Source: an uncultured Alphaproteobacteria bacterium (GTDB taxonomy: Bacteria; Pseudomonadota; Alphaproteobacteria; Rhizobiales; Xanthobacteraceae). From it: a stretch of DNA of 64,000 nt. A model generated the notes under the pieces. That model saw only the letters and a program-made list of their open reading frames with translations, was not told the origin of the DNA and did no database searches. Of this stretch, positions 60,869 through 64,000 are shown piece after piece; position 1 is the stretch's first letter; every line of letters starts with the position of its first letter. The stretch is from the NCBI GenBank assembly GCA_963841665.1, contig CAWJDW010000006.1, positions 7,304 to 71,303 of the forward strand, written 5' to 3'. The translations under genes were made by a program, and so were the position numbers.

Positions 60869-60928
60869 CGCCCTTCGCAATCCCTCGACAATCTGGTTTC
60901 GAACCAACCATCTTAAGGAAATAGATCA

Positions 60929-61306
60929 ATGGCTGACCTGCAGAAAATCGTCGACGACCTTTCCAGCCTCACCGTTCTCGAGGCCGCCGAGCTCGCCAAG
61001 CTCCTGGAAGAGAAGTGGGGCGTGTCCGCCGCTGCCGCCGTGGCCGTCGCCGCTCCGGGCGCTGGTGGCGGTGCCGCCGCTCCGGCGGAAGAGAAGACCG
61101 AGTTCTCGGTTGTCCTGGCTTCGGCCGGCGACAAGAAGATCGAAGTCATCAAGGAAGTCCGCGCCATCACGGGCCTCGGCCTGAAGGAGGCGAAGGACCT
61201 CGTCGAGGGCGCGCCGAAGCCGGTCAAGGAAGGCGTGAATAAGGAAGAAGCCGACAAGATCAAGGCTCAGCTCGAGAAGGCTGGCGCCAAGGTGGAATTG
61301 AAGTAA
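60929..61306 (+). CDS. rplL: 50S ribosomal protein L7/L12
   Basis: [39 protein letters not shown]. Confidence 0.99.
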   Translation: MADLQKIVDDLSSLTVLEAAELAKLLEEKWGVSAAAAVAVAAPGAGGGAAAPAEEKTEFSVVLASAGDKKIEVIKEVRAITGLGLKEAKDLVEGAPKPVKEGVNKEEADKIKAQLEKAGAKVELK

Positions 61307-61324
61307 GCGCGCTTACTTCAATTC

Positions 61325-61399
61325 CATCCTCGGGCGAGCATAGCGAGACCCGGGGATCTGGAAGACGCGTGGATGGCCGGGTCAAGCCCCGGCCATGAC
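61325..61399. repeat. Degenerate REP-like element (GGATGGCCGGGTCAAGCCC(C)GGCCATGAC family)
   Basis: Palindromic units ending in ATGAC, downstream of rplL. Confidence 0.65.
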
Positions 61400-61890
61400 G
61401 GGCAGAGAGAGCGGAGTTGGCTCCGCCCCTCTGCCTAAGACGCGAGAGGAGCTATTTGCAGCAGTTCGGGCACCGCAGCCCGCCCCTCGCTGCAAAAGCC
61501 GTGCAACAGGATCGCCTGTCGCGCGGAAAACACGAAAAAGTGTGGAGATCTAGGGGCTTCCCCCTCGAATCTCGACTATTGTCAGCCCATATTGGGTCGG
61601 CAGCACGAAAAGCCGGTGAGCGAGGGGATGGCGTTTCCCGTCGCGGACCGTTGGGAGATTGGCAATTTCGGGCTTTTGCAGTCCGTAGCGAGATGGTTCT
61701 GACGAGCGGGTGCGCCCTTGCGCTCCGCGCGTCGTTTTGCGTTTTGGCGGTTTGAAGAACGGATTTGGGACGCTTTCGTTCCCGAAACGGACTTCCGGCC
61801 CTCGAAATGGATCGAAATTCAACCCGAAGGGCGGTCGCAAGCGCTCTTCGGAAGGTCCGCCCCCTCCGGGCGACGAAATGAGAGGCCACG

Positions 61891-64000
<2,110 letters not shown>

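Overview
GC-rich alphaproteobacterial chromosome segment. Ribosomal-protein and SecE sequences and the repeat families point to Bradyrhizobium or a close relative (inference). From left to right: (1) a sugar ABC transporter with L-galactonate/tagaturonate catabolic genes, ending at a decayed 3' half of tRNA-Gly(TCC) that is probably an island att end (6390-6428); (2) an accessory stretch with a plant-NPC-like phospholipase C, a 30%-His peptide, a sarcosine/N-methyltryptophan oxidase-like enzyme, a class II UvrA and an acyl-CoA ligase; (3) csaA, a GH13 enzyme and an NrtR/SPFH/NAD-kinase-like module with tandem operators; (4) a chemoreceptor and a shikimate/quinate catabolic cluster with a TetR-shikimate dehydrogenase fusion; (5) a PsrA-like acyl-CoA catabolic region rich in REP-like palindromes; (6) tRNA-Trp followed by ~11.7 kb of accessory genes (acyltransferase-3/SGNH, small exported Trp/Arg/Gly-rich peptides, DUF992, AI-2E, Bax inhibitor-1, DUF1269, a PAS kinase and two NarL-type regulators, with one promoter box repeated at three genes); (7) core secE-nusG-rplK-rplA-[2-hydroxyacid dehydrogenase]-rplJ-rplL-rpoB (partial). 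The strongest non-coding signal is a ~0.5 kb element present twice (16.3 kb and 40.2 kb) whose copies differ by compensatory base-pair changes, suggesting a large structured RNA or ssDNA element. Four genes are frameshifted. All can be repaired by removing one base from an AA/TT doublet, which suggests sequencing error. All family assignments come from motif recognition; no database searches were run.
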